Shown: positions 1 to 9,631 of the stretch, one piece after another
Layout of the letters: each line of letters opens with the position of its first letter
How positions within the stretch are numbered: position 1 is the first letter of the stretch
Assembly: GCA_030605835.1 (NCBI GenBank)
Contig: JAUWHO010000048.1
Coordinates: 107,984 to 171,983, forward strand
DNA from: Candidatus Zixiibacteriota bacterium
GTDB lineage: Bacteria; Zixibacteria; MSB-5A5; DG-27
Length of the DNA: 64,000 bases
Reading direction: 5' to 3'
Program-made: the position numbers and the translations under genes
Notes under the pieces: generated by a model
The model's database searches: none
The model's input: the letters and a program-made list of their open reading frames with translations, nothing else
Told to the model about the DNA's origin: nothing

Positions 1-1
1 C

Positions 2-1018
2 ACCCCGGCACGAATGTACTACAAGGGAGAATTCTTCAGCCCCACCGGAAGCCACAAGGTGAATACCGCTATTGCTCAATCCTTTTACGCCAGGGAGGAG
101 GGTTACGAGAGGGTAACCACCGAGACCGGCGCCGGTCAGTGGGGGACGGCTTTAGCGTACGGAGCCAGCTTGGCGGGACTGAAGTGCACCGTCTTCTGGG
201 TGCGGGCGGTTTATAACTGGAAAGCCGACCGCCGTGCTCTCATGGAGATGTATGGGGCCGAGGTCTACGCCTCCCCGAGCAACAAAACTGATGTGGGTCG
301 TCCCCTTTTCGAGAAGAATCCCAACCATAACGGCTCCCTGGGAATCGCAATCTCGGAGGGGATGGAGGATGCCAAGAAGAACAAGAATGCTATATATTGC
401 TTGGGCTCGGTTCTGAACCATGTCCTGATGCACCAGACCATCATCGGTCTGGAGTCCAAAAAGCAGTTCGAGATCTTCGACGATTATCCCGATCTGGTCA
501 TTTCCTGTCTGGGAGGAGGCAGCAACTTCGGCGGTTTCGCCATCCCCTTCATGCACGATGTCTTGAAAGAGGGGAAGAAGACGAAATTCATCGCCGCTCA
601 GAGTCAGGTGTCGCCGAACCTGCAGGGGGAATACCGTTACGACTTCGCCGATTACGCTGAGCAAACTCCGCTTCTGAAAATGTATACTTTGGGACACAAA
701 ATCGAGATGGGTCCTATCAAGGGGGATGGCTTGAGATATCACGGTTGCTCCCCGATTCTGAGCCTTCTGAGAAACAAGGGCTACATCGACACCATCGCCT
801 ATCCTCAGGATGAGAAGAAGGTCTTCGATCTGGCGAAGATTTTCCTTCAGACGGAAGGTTATCTGCCCGCCCCGGAATCGGCTTACAGTATCGCTTGCGC
901 CATTGAAGAGGCGTTAAAATGCAAAGAGACCGGCGAGGAGAAGGTGATTGCCTTCAACGTCAGTGGGCATGGCTTTCTGGACATGCCGGGCTTTAGAGAA
1001 GTTATGGGATTAGCGTAG
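2..1018 (+). CDS. trpB2: TrpB-like PLP enzyme (tryptophan synthase beta 2 family), 5' part outside window
   Basis: Frame is open from position 2 (TPARMYYKGE). PLP-lysine motif SPTGSHKVNTA, ETGAGQWG, GGGSNF, PAPESAY, FNVSGHG. Confidence 0.9.
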   Translation, partial: TPARMYYKGEFFSPTGSHKVNTAIAQSFYAREEGYERVTTETGAGQWGTALAYGASLAGLKCTVFWVRAVYNWKADRRALMEMYGAEVYASPSNKTDVGRPLFEKNPNHNGSLGIAISEGMEDAKKNKNAIYCLGSVLNHVLMHQTIIGLESKKQFEIFDDYPDLVISCLGGGSNFGGFAIPFMHDVLKEGKKTKFIAAQSQVSPNLQGEYRYDFADYAEQTPLLKMYTLGHKIEMGPIKGDGLRYHGCSPILSLLRNKGYIDTIAYPQDEKKVFDLAKIFLQTEGYLPAPESAYSIACAIEEALKCKETGEEKVIAFNVSGHGFLDMPGFREVMGLA

Positions 1019-1026
1019 GCAGTTAA

Positions 1027-1412
1027 TGAGTCCCGTCAGGACTCACCCGCCGCGGCGGGTTTCGGTCCCGACAGAACTTTGGAGCTGTTGGCGAAAACCC
1101 CTGGCAGAGGCCGGGGGCTACCCATTTGTTTTCAGACGGAAGCATCGAGGGAATTCGGAAGTAGCGGAAACCTTTAGGTTTCCAGAAAAGAATCTCGCCG
1201 TTGGTCACGGATGCCCTCATCCGTGACCGCCCCGGTATCGGACGGGGCGTCCGATACCAACAGGTTGAGGTCTTTCTCAGTTGCGTCAGGACTGAAGCGG
1301 TGCGTGTGCTGATGGCGGATACCGGACTCTACTGTCGGGACTCACTACGTTTCGGTCCCGACAGAATTTCCTCGGCGTTGGACAACCCCCGGCAGAGGCC
1401 GGTGGCTACCCA
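1027..1412. repeat. Mosaic of REP-like palindromes (BIME-like)
   Basis: Hairpins at 1027-1045, 1098-1121, 1161-1183, 1203-1228, 1234-1258 and 1386-1409; perfect 16-bp palindrome 1045-1060; exact 18-nt direct repeat GTTTCGGTCCCGACAGAA at 1059-1076 and 1349-1366. Confidence 0.75.
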
Positions 1413-1563
1413 CTCATTTTGAGTCTCGTGGATTCCTTTAGAGACCAGAAGAGTTGTGAGAAGACCATCTTCACAGAGCCGTTAGAACTTGATAGGAAAC
1501 AGGACTCAAACCTTTGATTGCTTTTTCCACAATTTCTGTTGCGCTACCATCTCTTCAAAGCGC

Positions 1564-1592
1564 TTGACAGCGTTGAAATTGGAAGTTAAATT
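1564..1592 (+). promoter_or_regulatory. Putative sigma70 promoter of the polysaccharide operon
   Basis: TTGACA (1564-1569), 17 nt, TAAATT (1587-1592). Confidence 0.5.
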
Positions 1593-1727
1593 GCTACATC
1601 TGGGAGTAATTAGGGCTTTGAGAGGTCGTTCACCGATTGGTGTCCAGGCTAAATCTCTTTGCTTCCCGGTTCGATAAATAGCTGTAGAATTGTGGATTGG
1701 AAACATCGGTTCATGAAGGGAAACAAA

Positions 1728-2474
1728 ATGCCAGAACTACTGAGAAAAGCAGTTGCGATAACAATGAGCCTCTCGATGCTATTGGTGGGGTGTGCCGGTA
1801 ACGTCAGCCAGCTTAACAAGGCCATCACTCAGGCAGCGGCGACGCCTTCGAGCGAAATTGATCTCGAGCAATATCGTCTCCAACTGGGCGATGTAATCTC
1901 CGTGGTTTTCTATGGCAATCCGGAGATGGACCAGAAGGTAATTGTCAAGCCCGACGGGAATATTTCTCTCTTTCTGGTAGGAGATATTCAAGCTGATGGT
2001 CTGACGCTGACGGAGTTGGAGGCCAGGGTGGAGGAGGAATATTCAACCCAGATGAAGAGTCCGGAAATCCGTCTCACCATGGATAGGTTCTTGGGGTATA
2101 ACATCTATGTCGGAGGGGAGGTTGTCGATCCCGGGACTTACCCCCTGACCAAGGGGCTGACCTTACTGCAGGCGATATTTCTAGCTGGGGGGTTCAATGA
2201 GAATGCTAAGGCCAATAGAGTGATAATCTATAGTCGCCCCGAGGGGGGTGAGTTAGGGAGATATCAGAAAATAGTGGTCGATGTGAGCAAGATGTTGAAG
2301 GGGAAGGCCGATTTTCAGGATCCGAAGTTGAAACCCTTCGATACTATCTTCGTTTCCCGCTCCAACATCGTTAAGGTGGACCTCTTCGTGGACCAATACA
2401 TAAATCGACTGGTTCCCTTCCCGGTAGTTCAGGTGTTAAGCTTCATTTTGCTCTGGGAGAGGCTCAGGGACTGA
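1728..2474 (+). CDS. Polysaccharide export lipoprotein (Wza/Poly_export plus SLBB domains)
   Basis: Lipobox LLVGC; YRLQLGDVI, VKPDGNISLFLVG..ADGLT, VGGEVVDPG, LTLLQAIFLAGGF, LKPFDTIFV. Start moved to ATG 1728 (AAGGG upstream). Confidence 0.85.
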   Translation: MPELLRKAVAITMSLSMLLVGCAGNVSQLNKAITQAAATPSSEIDLEQYRLQLGDVISVVFYGNPEMDQKVIVKPDGNISLFLVGDIQADGLTLTELEARVEEEYSTQMKSPEIRLTMDRFLGYNIYVGGEVVDPGTYPLTKGLTLLQAIFLAGGFNENAKANRVIIYSRPEGGELGRYQKIVVDVSKMLKGKADFQDPKLKPFDTIFVSRSNIVKVDLFVDQYINRLVPFPVVQVLSFILLWERLRD

Positions 2475-2552
2475 TCCCGGATTCACCCTCCCCAAACGAT
2501 GAGGTTAGCTCCGAGTTAGTCGCTCGGAGACAAAAGCATTGCCCCAGTTAAG

Positions 2553-4286
2553 TTGTTATCTTCGGTGGAGGCTTTGAGGAAACTGAAAAAACGAGTTCTC
2601 TTGATCGGTCTGGATGCCGCCACCTTCGATGTTATGGCCCCGATGCTCGAGAGCGGAAAGCTCCCGAATCTCGAGGGCCTGATGGAGAGTGGGTCCTCGG
2701 GGATGCTGCTCTCCACCATACCGGACCTCTCCCCGGTTGCCTGGAGTACGTTTGCCACCGGCAAAAATGCCGGAAAGCACGGCATCTTCAGCTTCGTGGT
2801 CAGCAAACCCCAGAGTTACGAGATCTCCCTGGCCAACGCCGGCTTGAGGCGAGCGGAGGCATTCTGGAGAATCCTCTCCAGACGGGGCCGCAAGGTGGGG
2901 GTGGTCAACATGCCCTTCTCCTACCCTCCGGAGGAGGTGAACGGTTACTTCGTCTCCGGGATGGACGCCCCCGGCACCAGCAGCGATTACACCTATCCGA
3001 GGGAGTTGAAATCGGAGATCAAAGAGCTTCTGGATGACTATACCATCGATTACTCCTTCGTCGGCTCGCTGGAGAAGGGGAATCGGGGGGAGATACTGAG
3101 CAGGCTCTTCGAGGCCGAAAAGAAACGTTTGCAGCTTTCCCTGCACCTGATGAGGAAATTCGACTGGGACCTCTTCTTTGTGGTCTTCGTGGCCCTGGAC
3201 CGTGTCCAGCATTTCTTCTGGCACCTCATGGAGCCCAATCATCCCCTTTACAACGAAGTCGGGGGAGAGAGATTCCGGGAGGCCATCCCGGAGATGTATG
3301 TGAAAATGGATCAACTCGTAGGACGGCTGTTGGAGGCGATCGACGAGGACACCTACGTTGTAGTTATGTCCGACCATGGTGCCGGTCCCTTCGACAACAG
3401 CGTCCCTCACCTCAATTTGAACGATTTCTTCATAGAGAAGGGCTATCTCTCCCTGACATCCAGAGGCGCTACCGGAGGAATAGCCTCTCTGCTCCGGGGG
3501 TCGCGCTCGCTTCTGCGCAGGTATCTCTCCCCCAAGATGAAGGAGAGATTGAAAGCCCTTTTGCCCGGTGCCCGCGAGTGGACACAGTCGTTCACCTATT
3601 TTTCCGGGATCGATTGGGAAAAGACTAAAGCGTATGCAACCTACGATGAGATTATGTCTCGAGGAATTAGGTTGAACCTCAAGGGGCGGGAGCCTCAGGG
3701 AATCGTCAACCCCGGAGAGGAGTATGAGAGCTTTCGGGAGGAGTTAGTGCAAACTCTGAGCCAGTTGCGGCACCCGTTGACCAATCTCCCGATAGTGGAT
3801 AGGGTTTATCGCCGGGAGGAGCTTTACCATGGGGAATGCTTTGAGCAGGCGCCAGACCTTTTCGTCTTCTGGAATGACCATGCCTATTTCTGCGGGAATG
3901 CCCTGACCGACAAGAGCAAATACCGGGAGGTCGAAAGGCCGGGCAGACAGTTCAAGCTTACCCAAATTCAGCGCTCCGGAGACCACCGCCGCAACGGCAT
4001 CTTGATCGTTAAGGGGGCAGGTGTTAAAAGTGAATTTGACTTCGAGTCCGCCGATATTATGGATGTCATTCCCACCGTGTTTTACCTGTTGGGGGAGCCG
4101 GTTCCGGAGGACATGGACGGCAAGGTTTTAACCAACATCATCGCCGGAGATTATCTCTCGGGGCACCCGGTGAACTTCTCAACTGAGAAAGGGGTGGATA
4201 GATCCCCTCCCGCGGAGCAAGTCTACACTGAGGACGAAGCTGAGCTGGTCGAGGAGCGTTTGCGAAACTTAGGGTATATCGAGTGA
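2553..4286 (+). CDS. Alkaline phosphatase superfamily protein (nucleotide pyrophosphatase/phosphodiesterase type)
   Basis: LIGLDAA, STIPDLSPVAWSTFATGKNAGKHG, LDRVQHFFW, MSDHG, SGDHRRNG, C-terminal LRNLGY. Start uncertain. Confidence 0.85.
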   Translation: MLSSVEALRKLKKRVLLIGLDAATFDVMAPMLESGKLPNLEGLMESGSSGMLLSTIPDLSPVAWSTFATGKNAGKHGIFSFVVSKPQSYEISLANAGLRRAEAFWRILSRRGRKVGVVNMPFSYPPEEVNGYFVSGMDAPGTSSDYTYPRELKSEIKELLDDYTIDYSFVGSLEKGNRGEILSRLFEAEKKRLQLSLHLMRKFDWDLFFVVFVALDRVQHFFWHLMEPNHPLYNEVGGERFREAIPEMYVKMDQLVGRLLEAIDEDTYVVVMSDHGAGPFDNSVPHLNLNDFFIEKGYLSLTSRGATGGIASLLRGSRSLLRRYLSPKMKERLKALLPGAREWTQSFTYFSGIDWEKTKAYATYDEIMSRGIRLNLKGREPQGIVNPGEEYESFREELVQTLSQLRHPLTNLPIVDRVYRREELYHGECFEQAPDLFVFWNDHAYFCGNALTDKSKYREVERPGRQFKLTQIQRSGDHRRNGILIVKGAGVKSEFDFESADIMDVIPTVFYLLGEPVPEDMDGKVLTNIIAGDYLSGHPVNFSTEKGVDRSPPAEQVYTEDEAELVEERLRNLGYIE

Positions 4287-4436
4287 GAATATTGATGTCC
4301 AAGATGGCAATAGATAGTGGAGGCTCTCAGCGCTCTTTTCTCCCGGACTACATTTCTGGGACTCCTCTCGATTCCGGGGGCAGTATCCTTGAGAAAGATC
4401 GATGAGATTAACCTCCAGGTTCTAGCTTGTGATGAT

Positions 4437-5666
4437 ATGAAGGTTCTGTCTGTAAATCAATTCTACGGCATCAACGGTGGTTCCGACCGCTGCTTCCACG
4501 ACTGGAATCGTGTCTTGGTTGAACATGGTCACCAGTTCGTCCCCTTTGCGATGCGAGCCGACAACGATTTCCCCAGCGAATACTCCGATTTCTTCGTCAG
4601 CAACGTGAAATTCTTCGACGGCAAGAAAAGCCTCTGGGATTCGCTGAAGATCGCCTCTAGAATTATCTACTTCGTGGAGGCGAGAGATAGGATCACCAAA
4701 CTGATGGGGCTGACCAAGCCGGATATAGCTCACCTGCACATCATCTACCATCAGCTTTCGCCCTCCATCCTGCCGGCCATAAAGAGCTTCGGGATTCCGA
4801 TCGTCCAGACCCTCCACGACTACAAGAGGATTTGCCCCACCTATCACCTGTCGGCACACGATCAGATTTGCGAGAGGTGTAAGAAGCACAAGTATTACCA
4901 GGCGGTCTTGCGGCGCTGCAATCGGGGTTCCTTTACTGCCAGTTTGCTCAACTGCATAGAGATGTATGTCCACAAGTTCCTCAAGATCTATGAGAAAAAT
5001 GTAGACCTCTTCATCTCCCCCAGCCACTTCCTCAAAAACAAGATGTTAGAGTTCGGCTTCAAGCCCAAGAGATTCGAGGTGGTGCCCAACTTCATAGTCT
5101 TGGACGGTTATGAGCCGAAATATGAGGCAGACGACTATTTCGTCCACTTCGGGCGATTGGTTCGGGTCAAGGGACTCATGACCTTGATGGAGGCGATGTC
5201 CCGATTGAAATCCAAAAACCTCCAGCTTTACATCATCGGGCAGGGATACATGCGCTCGGAGATGGAGGCTTACTGTTCCCAAAAGGGTTTGGACAATGTC
5301 AAGTTCCTGGGCTGGAAATCGGGAGATGAATTGAAGGAGCTGATCCGCAACTCCCTTTTCACGATAATGCCCTCGGAGTGGTATGAAAACTACCCCCTCT
5401 CGGTCCTGGAGTCTTTGGCTATGGGCAAACCGGTCATCGCCTCCGATATCGGGGGGATGCCGGAGATGATCGTCGACGGTGTTGACGGGCTCGTCTGCAA
5501 GCCCGGCGACCCCGAAGATATAGCCGAAAAGATAGATCACCTTTTCGCCAACCGCCACCGTCTGCCCGAGATGGGAAGGGCCGCCCGATTGAAGATAGAG
5601 AAGGAGTACACCCCTGAAAATTACTACAGTCGGGTGATGAAGCTCTATCAGTCACTCCTATCCTAG
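4437..5666 (+). CDS. Glycosyltransferase family 4
   Basis: MKVL start, DIAHLH, TLHDY, HFGRLVRVKG, PSEWYENYPLSVLESLAMGKPVIASDIGG. Confidence 0.9.
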   Translation: MKVLSVNQFYGINGGSDRCFHDWNRVLVEHGHQFVPFAMRADNDFPSEYSDFFVSNVKFFDGKKSLWDSLKIASRIIYFVEARDRITKLMGLTKPDIAHLHIIYHQLSPSILPAIKSFGIPIVQTLHDYKRICPTYHLSAHDQICERCKKHKYYQAVLRRCNRGSFTASLLNCIEMYVHKFLKIYEKNVDLFISPSHFLKNKMLEFGFKPKRFEVVPNFIVLDGYEPKYEADDYFVHFGRLVRVKGLMTLMEAMSRLKSKNLQLYIIGQGYMRSEMEAYCSQKGLDNVKFLGWKSGDELKELIRNSLFTIMPSEWYENYPLSVLESLAMGKPVIASDIGGMPEMIVDGVDGLVCKPGDPEDIAEKIDHLFANRHRLPEMGRAARLKIEKEYTPENYYSRVMKLYQSLLS

Positions 5667-5675
5667 AAGGAAGTA

Positions 5676-7343
5676 GTGTCTCCCAGGAAAATATTGCTCC
5701 TCGGAATCGATGGTTCCACCTTTGACCTCCTCTCTCCCTGGATAGAGGCCGGCAAATTGCCTGTCTTTGAAAGGATTTTAAGGACTGGAAGCCACGGGGT
5801 CTTGACCAGCACCATCCCGGCCCAGACCTGTCCGGCGCTCCCCTCCCTGTACACCGGAAAAAACCCCGGCAACACCGGGCTTTTCGGCTTCGTCAAAGCC
5901 GGCGGGGGCATTAGTTCCTCCTTCGATGTGGAAGCCAAACCGGTCTGGCAGTTGCTCTCGGAGAAGGGGCTTAAAAGCGGGATTTTCAATCTCCGCACCA
6001 CATACCCCGCCCGATCGTTTAAGGGGATGATGTTTGCCAGCATCCAAAACCCCAGGGTGCAACCCAACTACGCACATCCCAGAGAGGCCAAAGCTAGACT
6101 GGAGGGGTTCATCACCACCTGGGCGGAGACTCGTAAGGTTCACTCGATTTGCCTCCAGGGGAGACGGGAGGGAGTTGAGAAACTCTTGGAGGTCACCAGG
6201 GGACGTTACCGACTGGCCAAAAGACTGCTTCAGGAGGAGAACTTCGATTTCCTCCTCCTGTGGATAGAGAATACCGATGCGGTGCAGCATACCTGTTGGA
6301 GTCACCCGGAGCTGATTTTGTCCTTCTTTCAAGGTTTGGAGGAGATCCTCTCCGATCTGCTCGAAAGCTATCCCAACGAGAATATTCTCATCTGCTCCGA
6401 CCATGGCTTCGGAGGTTATCGCACCAAAGACCTCTACATCAACAACTGGCTGAGGGAGCAGGGGTTCATCAGGGTTAAGGGCAATAGATTCTTTCCCGAA
6501 CTGGTCTCTTGGGGATACACGGTGGCGGATAAGCTCTTCAACCGGGTCTTCAAGGGGGTGCCGGCCATTGTCGCCAGAGCGGTGATCCGATGGTTGTTGC
6601 ACCAGCTCCGCAGGTTGTTAGGTCTGGCCCTCTATTTGAAGGGCAGAAAACCTCAGCGGGTCAAACCTGAGAAGAAAGCTGTCCGGCAGGTGCTTTTCAG
6701 GAGAAAGCCTTTTGTCCCGGGCGCGGACTGGAAAAGCTCGGTTGCATACGCCAACAACAGCTGGGGAGTGTATGTCAATCGAGAGGTAGTGCCTCCGGAT
6801 GAATATCTCCAGACCGTGGAGAGAATCATTCGGGAGCTGAAATCTTTGAGAGACTGGGAGGGGAAGCCGGTCATAAAGGAGGCCTGGGAGAAGGGAGAGA
6901 TTTACTCCGGCAAATATCTGGATCAGATCCCCGACATAGTGATTCTGGGTTCCGACGAATATTTCGTACGCACTCGACCCTCCACGAAGATCCTCTCGAA
7001 GACGGCGACGCCTCTGGAGGTGGCCTCTCACCGCACCGCCAGAAACGGTCTTTTCATGGCGGTCGGGCCGGACATAAAGAAGGATTACAAAATGGAGGGC
7101 GCCAATATCGAGGATGTCACTCCGACGGTCCTGCATCTTCTCGGTTTGGAGATTCCCGAAGATATTGATGGTGAAGTGTTGAAGGAGATCTTCAGGGAGG
7201 GGTCAAATCCCGCCGTGCGAGAGGTCAAATTCACCAAGCCCGCTGAGTATGAGTTGGAAGAGGCGAAAATCTCCAAAGAGGAAGAGGCCGCCATGAAGGG
7301 GATGCTCAGGGGCCTCGGTTACCTCGATGAGGAGACGGGTTGA
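5676..7343 (+). CDS. Second alkaline phosphatase superfamily protein (paralogue of 2553-4286)
   Basis: LLGIDGS, STIPAQTCPALPSLYTGKNPG, DAVQH, CSDHGFG, ASHRTARNG, C-terminal LRGLGY. GTG start. Confidence 0.85.
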   Translation: MSPRKILLLGIDGSTFDLLSPWIEAGKLPVFERILRTGSHGVLTSTIPAQTCPALPSLYTGKNPGNTGLFGFVKAGGGISSSFDVEAKPVWQLLSEKGLKSGIFNLRTTYPARSFKGMMFASIQNPRVQPNYAHPREAKARLEGFITTWAETRKVHSICLQGRREGVEKLLEVTRGRYRLAKRLLQEENFDFLLLWIENTDAVQHTCWSHPELILSFFQGLEEILSDLLESYPNENILICSDHGFGGYRTKDLYINNWLREQGFIRVKGNRFFPELVSWGYTVADKLFNRVFKGVPAIVARAVIRWLLHQLRRLLGLALYLKGRKPQRVKPEKKAVRQVLFRRKPFVPGADWKSSVAYANNSWGVYVNREVVPPDEYLQTVERIIRELKSLRDWEGKPVIKEAWEKGEIYSGKYLDQIPDIVILGSDEYFVRTRPSTKILSKTATPLEVASHRTARNGLFMAVGPDIKKDYKMEGANIEDVTPTVLHLLGLEIPEDIDGEVLKEIFREGSNPAVREVKFTKPAEYELEEAKISKEEEAAMKGMLRGLGYLDEETG

Positions 7344-7447
7344 TTCATCCCTGAGATTGAGTTTCCAATATTTGCACAAACCAAGTTTGTAAACCCAAAG
7401 GCCATACGCTCGTATGAGTTTCCGCTAAAATCCCTATCATTTCAATT

Positions 7448-7890
7448 CCCAGTGGCGGAGGCCACCGGGCTACCCTCGGTTGGTTCACGGTTGACGGTTC
7501 ACAGTCAACAGAAACGGCGGTGATAAATTCGCCGCCCTACAGGTTTGAGCAAGCCACAAAAGAGAATCCGTAGGGGTCGGAATTTATCCGACCCTGTGGA
7601 CGGTGGGTGGCAACCCCATACGGTTCATATGATCCCCTGCTCTACGGTTTTGCGTGGCAGTCAATTCTGGAAACCTGAAGGTTTCCGCTACAATGTTGGT
7701 TCACGGTTGACGGTTCACGGTCAACAGAAAGGGCGGCGATGAATTCACCCCCGTGGTTTCAGGGGACTTCATACTTTACAGATAACTGGTTACCTATTCC
7801 GGTTTCCTGTCTGCTGTTTGCTATCTTTAGAAACCTGAAGGTTTTTCCTCTACATAATATTCAACCGAGTGGCAGAGGCCACTCGACTAC
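7448..7890. repeat. Second REP-like mosaic between convergent genes
   Basis: GTAG-footed hairpins at 7448-7473, 7516-7540, 7570-7594, 7669-7691, 7830-7853 and 7866-7890; direct repeat of about 50 nt at 7479-7530 and 7695-7746; 7-mer run 7786-7827. Confidence 0.75.
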
Positions 7891-7900
7891 CCTGTGGGGG

Positions 7901-8317
7901 TCACTCTGAGGCCAGGGCAATCTCCTCTTCGAGGTGGTCTTCAGCAAATCTCATAATAGTGCGGGCGCAGCCGTGAAGCTCTTCAATGGTTTCAGGACTA
8001 CAAGTGCTTTGTAGTTGGTCCCCTTCCCCCTTAGGATGTCGAAAACGGAGATAGAAGCGATCAAGCTTCTGGGCCTTCTGCTTCACCCCCTCGGGGATTT
8101 CGAAGTCGTCGCATCTCTCCAAGAAATGCATTATCCCCAGAAGGCTGTGGTCGGGGGGAACCTGCCCCCTTCTGGCCACCAGGGCATTGAAAGCCTTCTC
8201 CGCCATCTGCTGGCAGTGAAAGGCGGCTTTGGTAAACTCTCCCTTTTTCACCAGAATCCGAACCGCGTGGTCGTCCTCGTTGGCAGTGGCCAAATACCAG
8301 ATCACTTGTTGCCTCAT
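7901..8317 (-). CDS. HEPN domain protein (stand-alone)
   Basis: AFHCQQMAEKAFNA resembles the HEPN F.AQQAAEKALKA motif; DHSL; FYLRFRHP corresponds to Y..RYP. RBS AGGAG 8 nt before ATG 8317. Confidence 0.75.
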   Translation of the reverse strand: MRQQVIWYLATANEDDHAVRILVKKGEFTKAAFHCQQMAEKAFNALVARRGQVPPDHSLLGIMHFLERCDDFEIPEGVKQKAQKLDRFYLRFRHPKGEGDQLQSTCSPETIEELHGCARTIMRFAEDHLEEEIALASE

Positions 8318-8397
8318 TGTCAAATCTCCTTTTTGACTCCATCGGGCTTTTGGGGTTCCTCCCTGGACTTAATAACGTTTCAAAGGCAGATTCGGAA

Positions 8398-9138
8398 TCA
8401 ACCCCTTGCAGTTTTCATCGCCGTCACGATTCTGGGAAGCACCTCTCCCGACTTCCCTAAGAGAGCTTCGTCCAGAATAGATGTTATCTCGGTCCTTTCA
8501 ATGTTCACCTCCACCACGTAGGCGCCCGACTCCTTCGCCACCAGGGGGAGTGAAGCCGCCGGCTGAACGACCGCGGAGGTGCCGATGCTGAAAAAGAGCT
8601 CACAGCTTCTGCAAAGCTGGAAGGCTGTCTCCAAAGCCTTTGGGGGGAGCATCTCCCCGAACCAGACCACATCGGGGCGGATGTAACCACCACATTCGCA
8701 CGTGGGGACTTTCTTTGTCTCGGTGATCTCCACCTCCTGGTAATAGCGATTACATTTTATACATCGGCTCCTCTGGATGTTGCCATGAAGCTCGATCACG
8801 TTTTCGGAGCCAGCCTTGTGGTGTAGTCCGTCGATATTCTGGGTGATCAGGGAGAACTCCGGAAAGACTCCCTGCATCTCCGCTAAGGCGTAATGCCCGG
8901 GATTTGGTTCTATTTTGCTCATCAGTTCCCGGCGATAGGAATACCACTCCCAGACCAATTCCGGGTTTCTCATGAAAGCATCGATGGTCGCCAACTCCTC
9001 TGGCCGGAACTTCTTCCAGAGTCCGTCCTCCCCCCGGAAGGTGGGCACCCCGCTCTCGGCGGACATTCCCGCGCCGGTCAAAACCGCCACCCTCTTAGCG
9101 GTGGTGAGCTTCTCTCTCAATGCCTCGGAAATCTGCAT
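8398..9138 (-). CDS. cobB: NAD-dependent protein deacylase (class III sirtuin)
   Basis: GAGMSAESGVPTFRG, TQNIDGLH, ELHG, Zn ligands CIKC and CECG, RPDVVWFGE, GTSAVVQPA. Confidence 0.92.
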   Translation of the reverse strand: MQISEALREKLTTAKRVAVLTGAGMSAESGVPTFRGEDGLWKKFRPEELATIDAFMRNPELVWEWYSYRRELMSKIEPNPGHYALAEMQGVFPEFSLITQNIDGLHHKAGSENVIELHGNIQRSRCIKCNRYYQEVEITETKKVPTCECGGYIRPDVVWFGEMLPPKALETAFQLCRSCELFFSIGTSAVVQPAASLPLVAKESGAYVVEVNIERTEITSILDEALLGKSGEVLPRIVTAMKTARG

Positions 9139-9179
9139 GCCAAAAAACCTGCTTGAGTCGTGCAAGTCTATTAGGCCTG

Positions 9180-9208
9180 ATAATAGCCTCTCGACAGTGC
9201 AGGGTCAA
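9180..9208 (-). promoter_or_regulatory. Putative sigma70 promoter of cobB-HEPN
   Basis: Minus strand TTGACC, 17 nt, TATTAT. Confidence 0.45.
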
Positions 9209-9506
9209 GGCAATTTTGCCCACTGTTTACTGGTTATCCAAGTATCGTGAACAGGTGGTCTACTTATTTAGCCTCGATCTAAACTGGGGTTGTCAGTTAA
9301 GAAGCGATTGAAGATTTTTGCTGGCAGAGTTCTTCGCTACCGTTGAAGCCTTCCTGCCGCATCCAAATTTCTAAGGCCGGAGCAGAAGCTCCCGGCTTTT
9401 AACTGCAGGGAGTTTAAAACTTAAGAAGCTTCTCATTTCGTGAGGTTCACCCTCGACATATGATATCTTATTGAGAATGCAAATCAAATTTGCAGAAACA
9501 GACTGG

Positions 9507-9541
9507 GATCAGTGGTGAGTAGTGAGCGGTTAGTGGTAGAC
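9507..9541. repeat. Degenerate heptamer run (RGTGAGT type)
   Basis: gatcagt ggtgagt agtgagc ggttagt ggtagac. Confidence 0.5.
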
Positions 9542-9578
9542 AGCACCACAAAACAGCTTATCCTCCGTTCCCGGAATC

Positions 9579-9609
9579 AAAAAAGGCCGCTCCCGATGGG
9601 GGCGGCCTT
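9579..9609 (-). terminator. Intrinsic terminator of the cytochrome gene
   Basis: AAGGCCGC...GCGGCCTT stem with an A-run on plus (U-tract on minus), about 20 nt after the stop. Confidence 0.75.
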
Positions 9610-9631
9610 GAGGAAAACAGAACAGGTCCTG

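Noticed and set aside
1027-1412. Repeated units as a CRISPR array
   Set aside because: Only two to three non-identical units, no regular repeat-spacer period and no cas genes; better explained as REP mosaics.
8398-9138. Sir2 gene as an anti-phage NADase (Thoeris/DSR type)
   Set aside because: It has the Zn-finger cysteines and all class III CobB motifs at normal length; a housekeeping deacylase.
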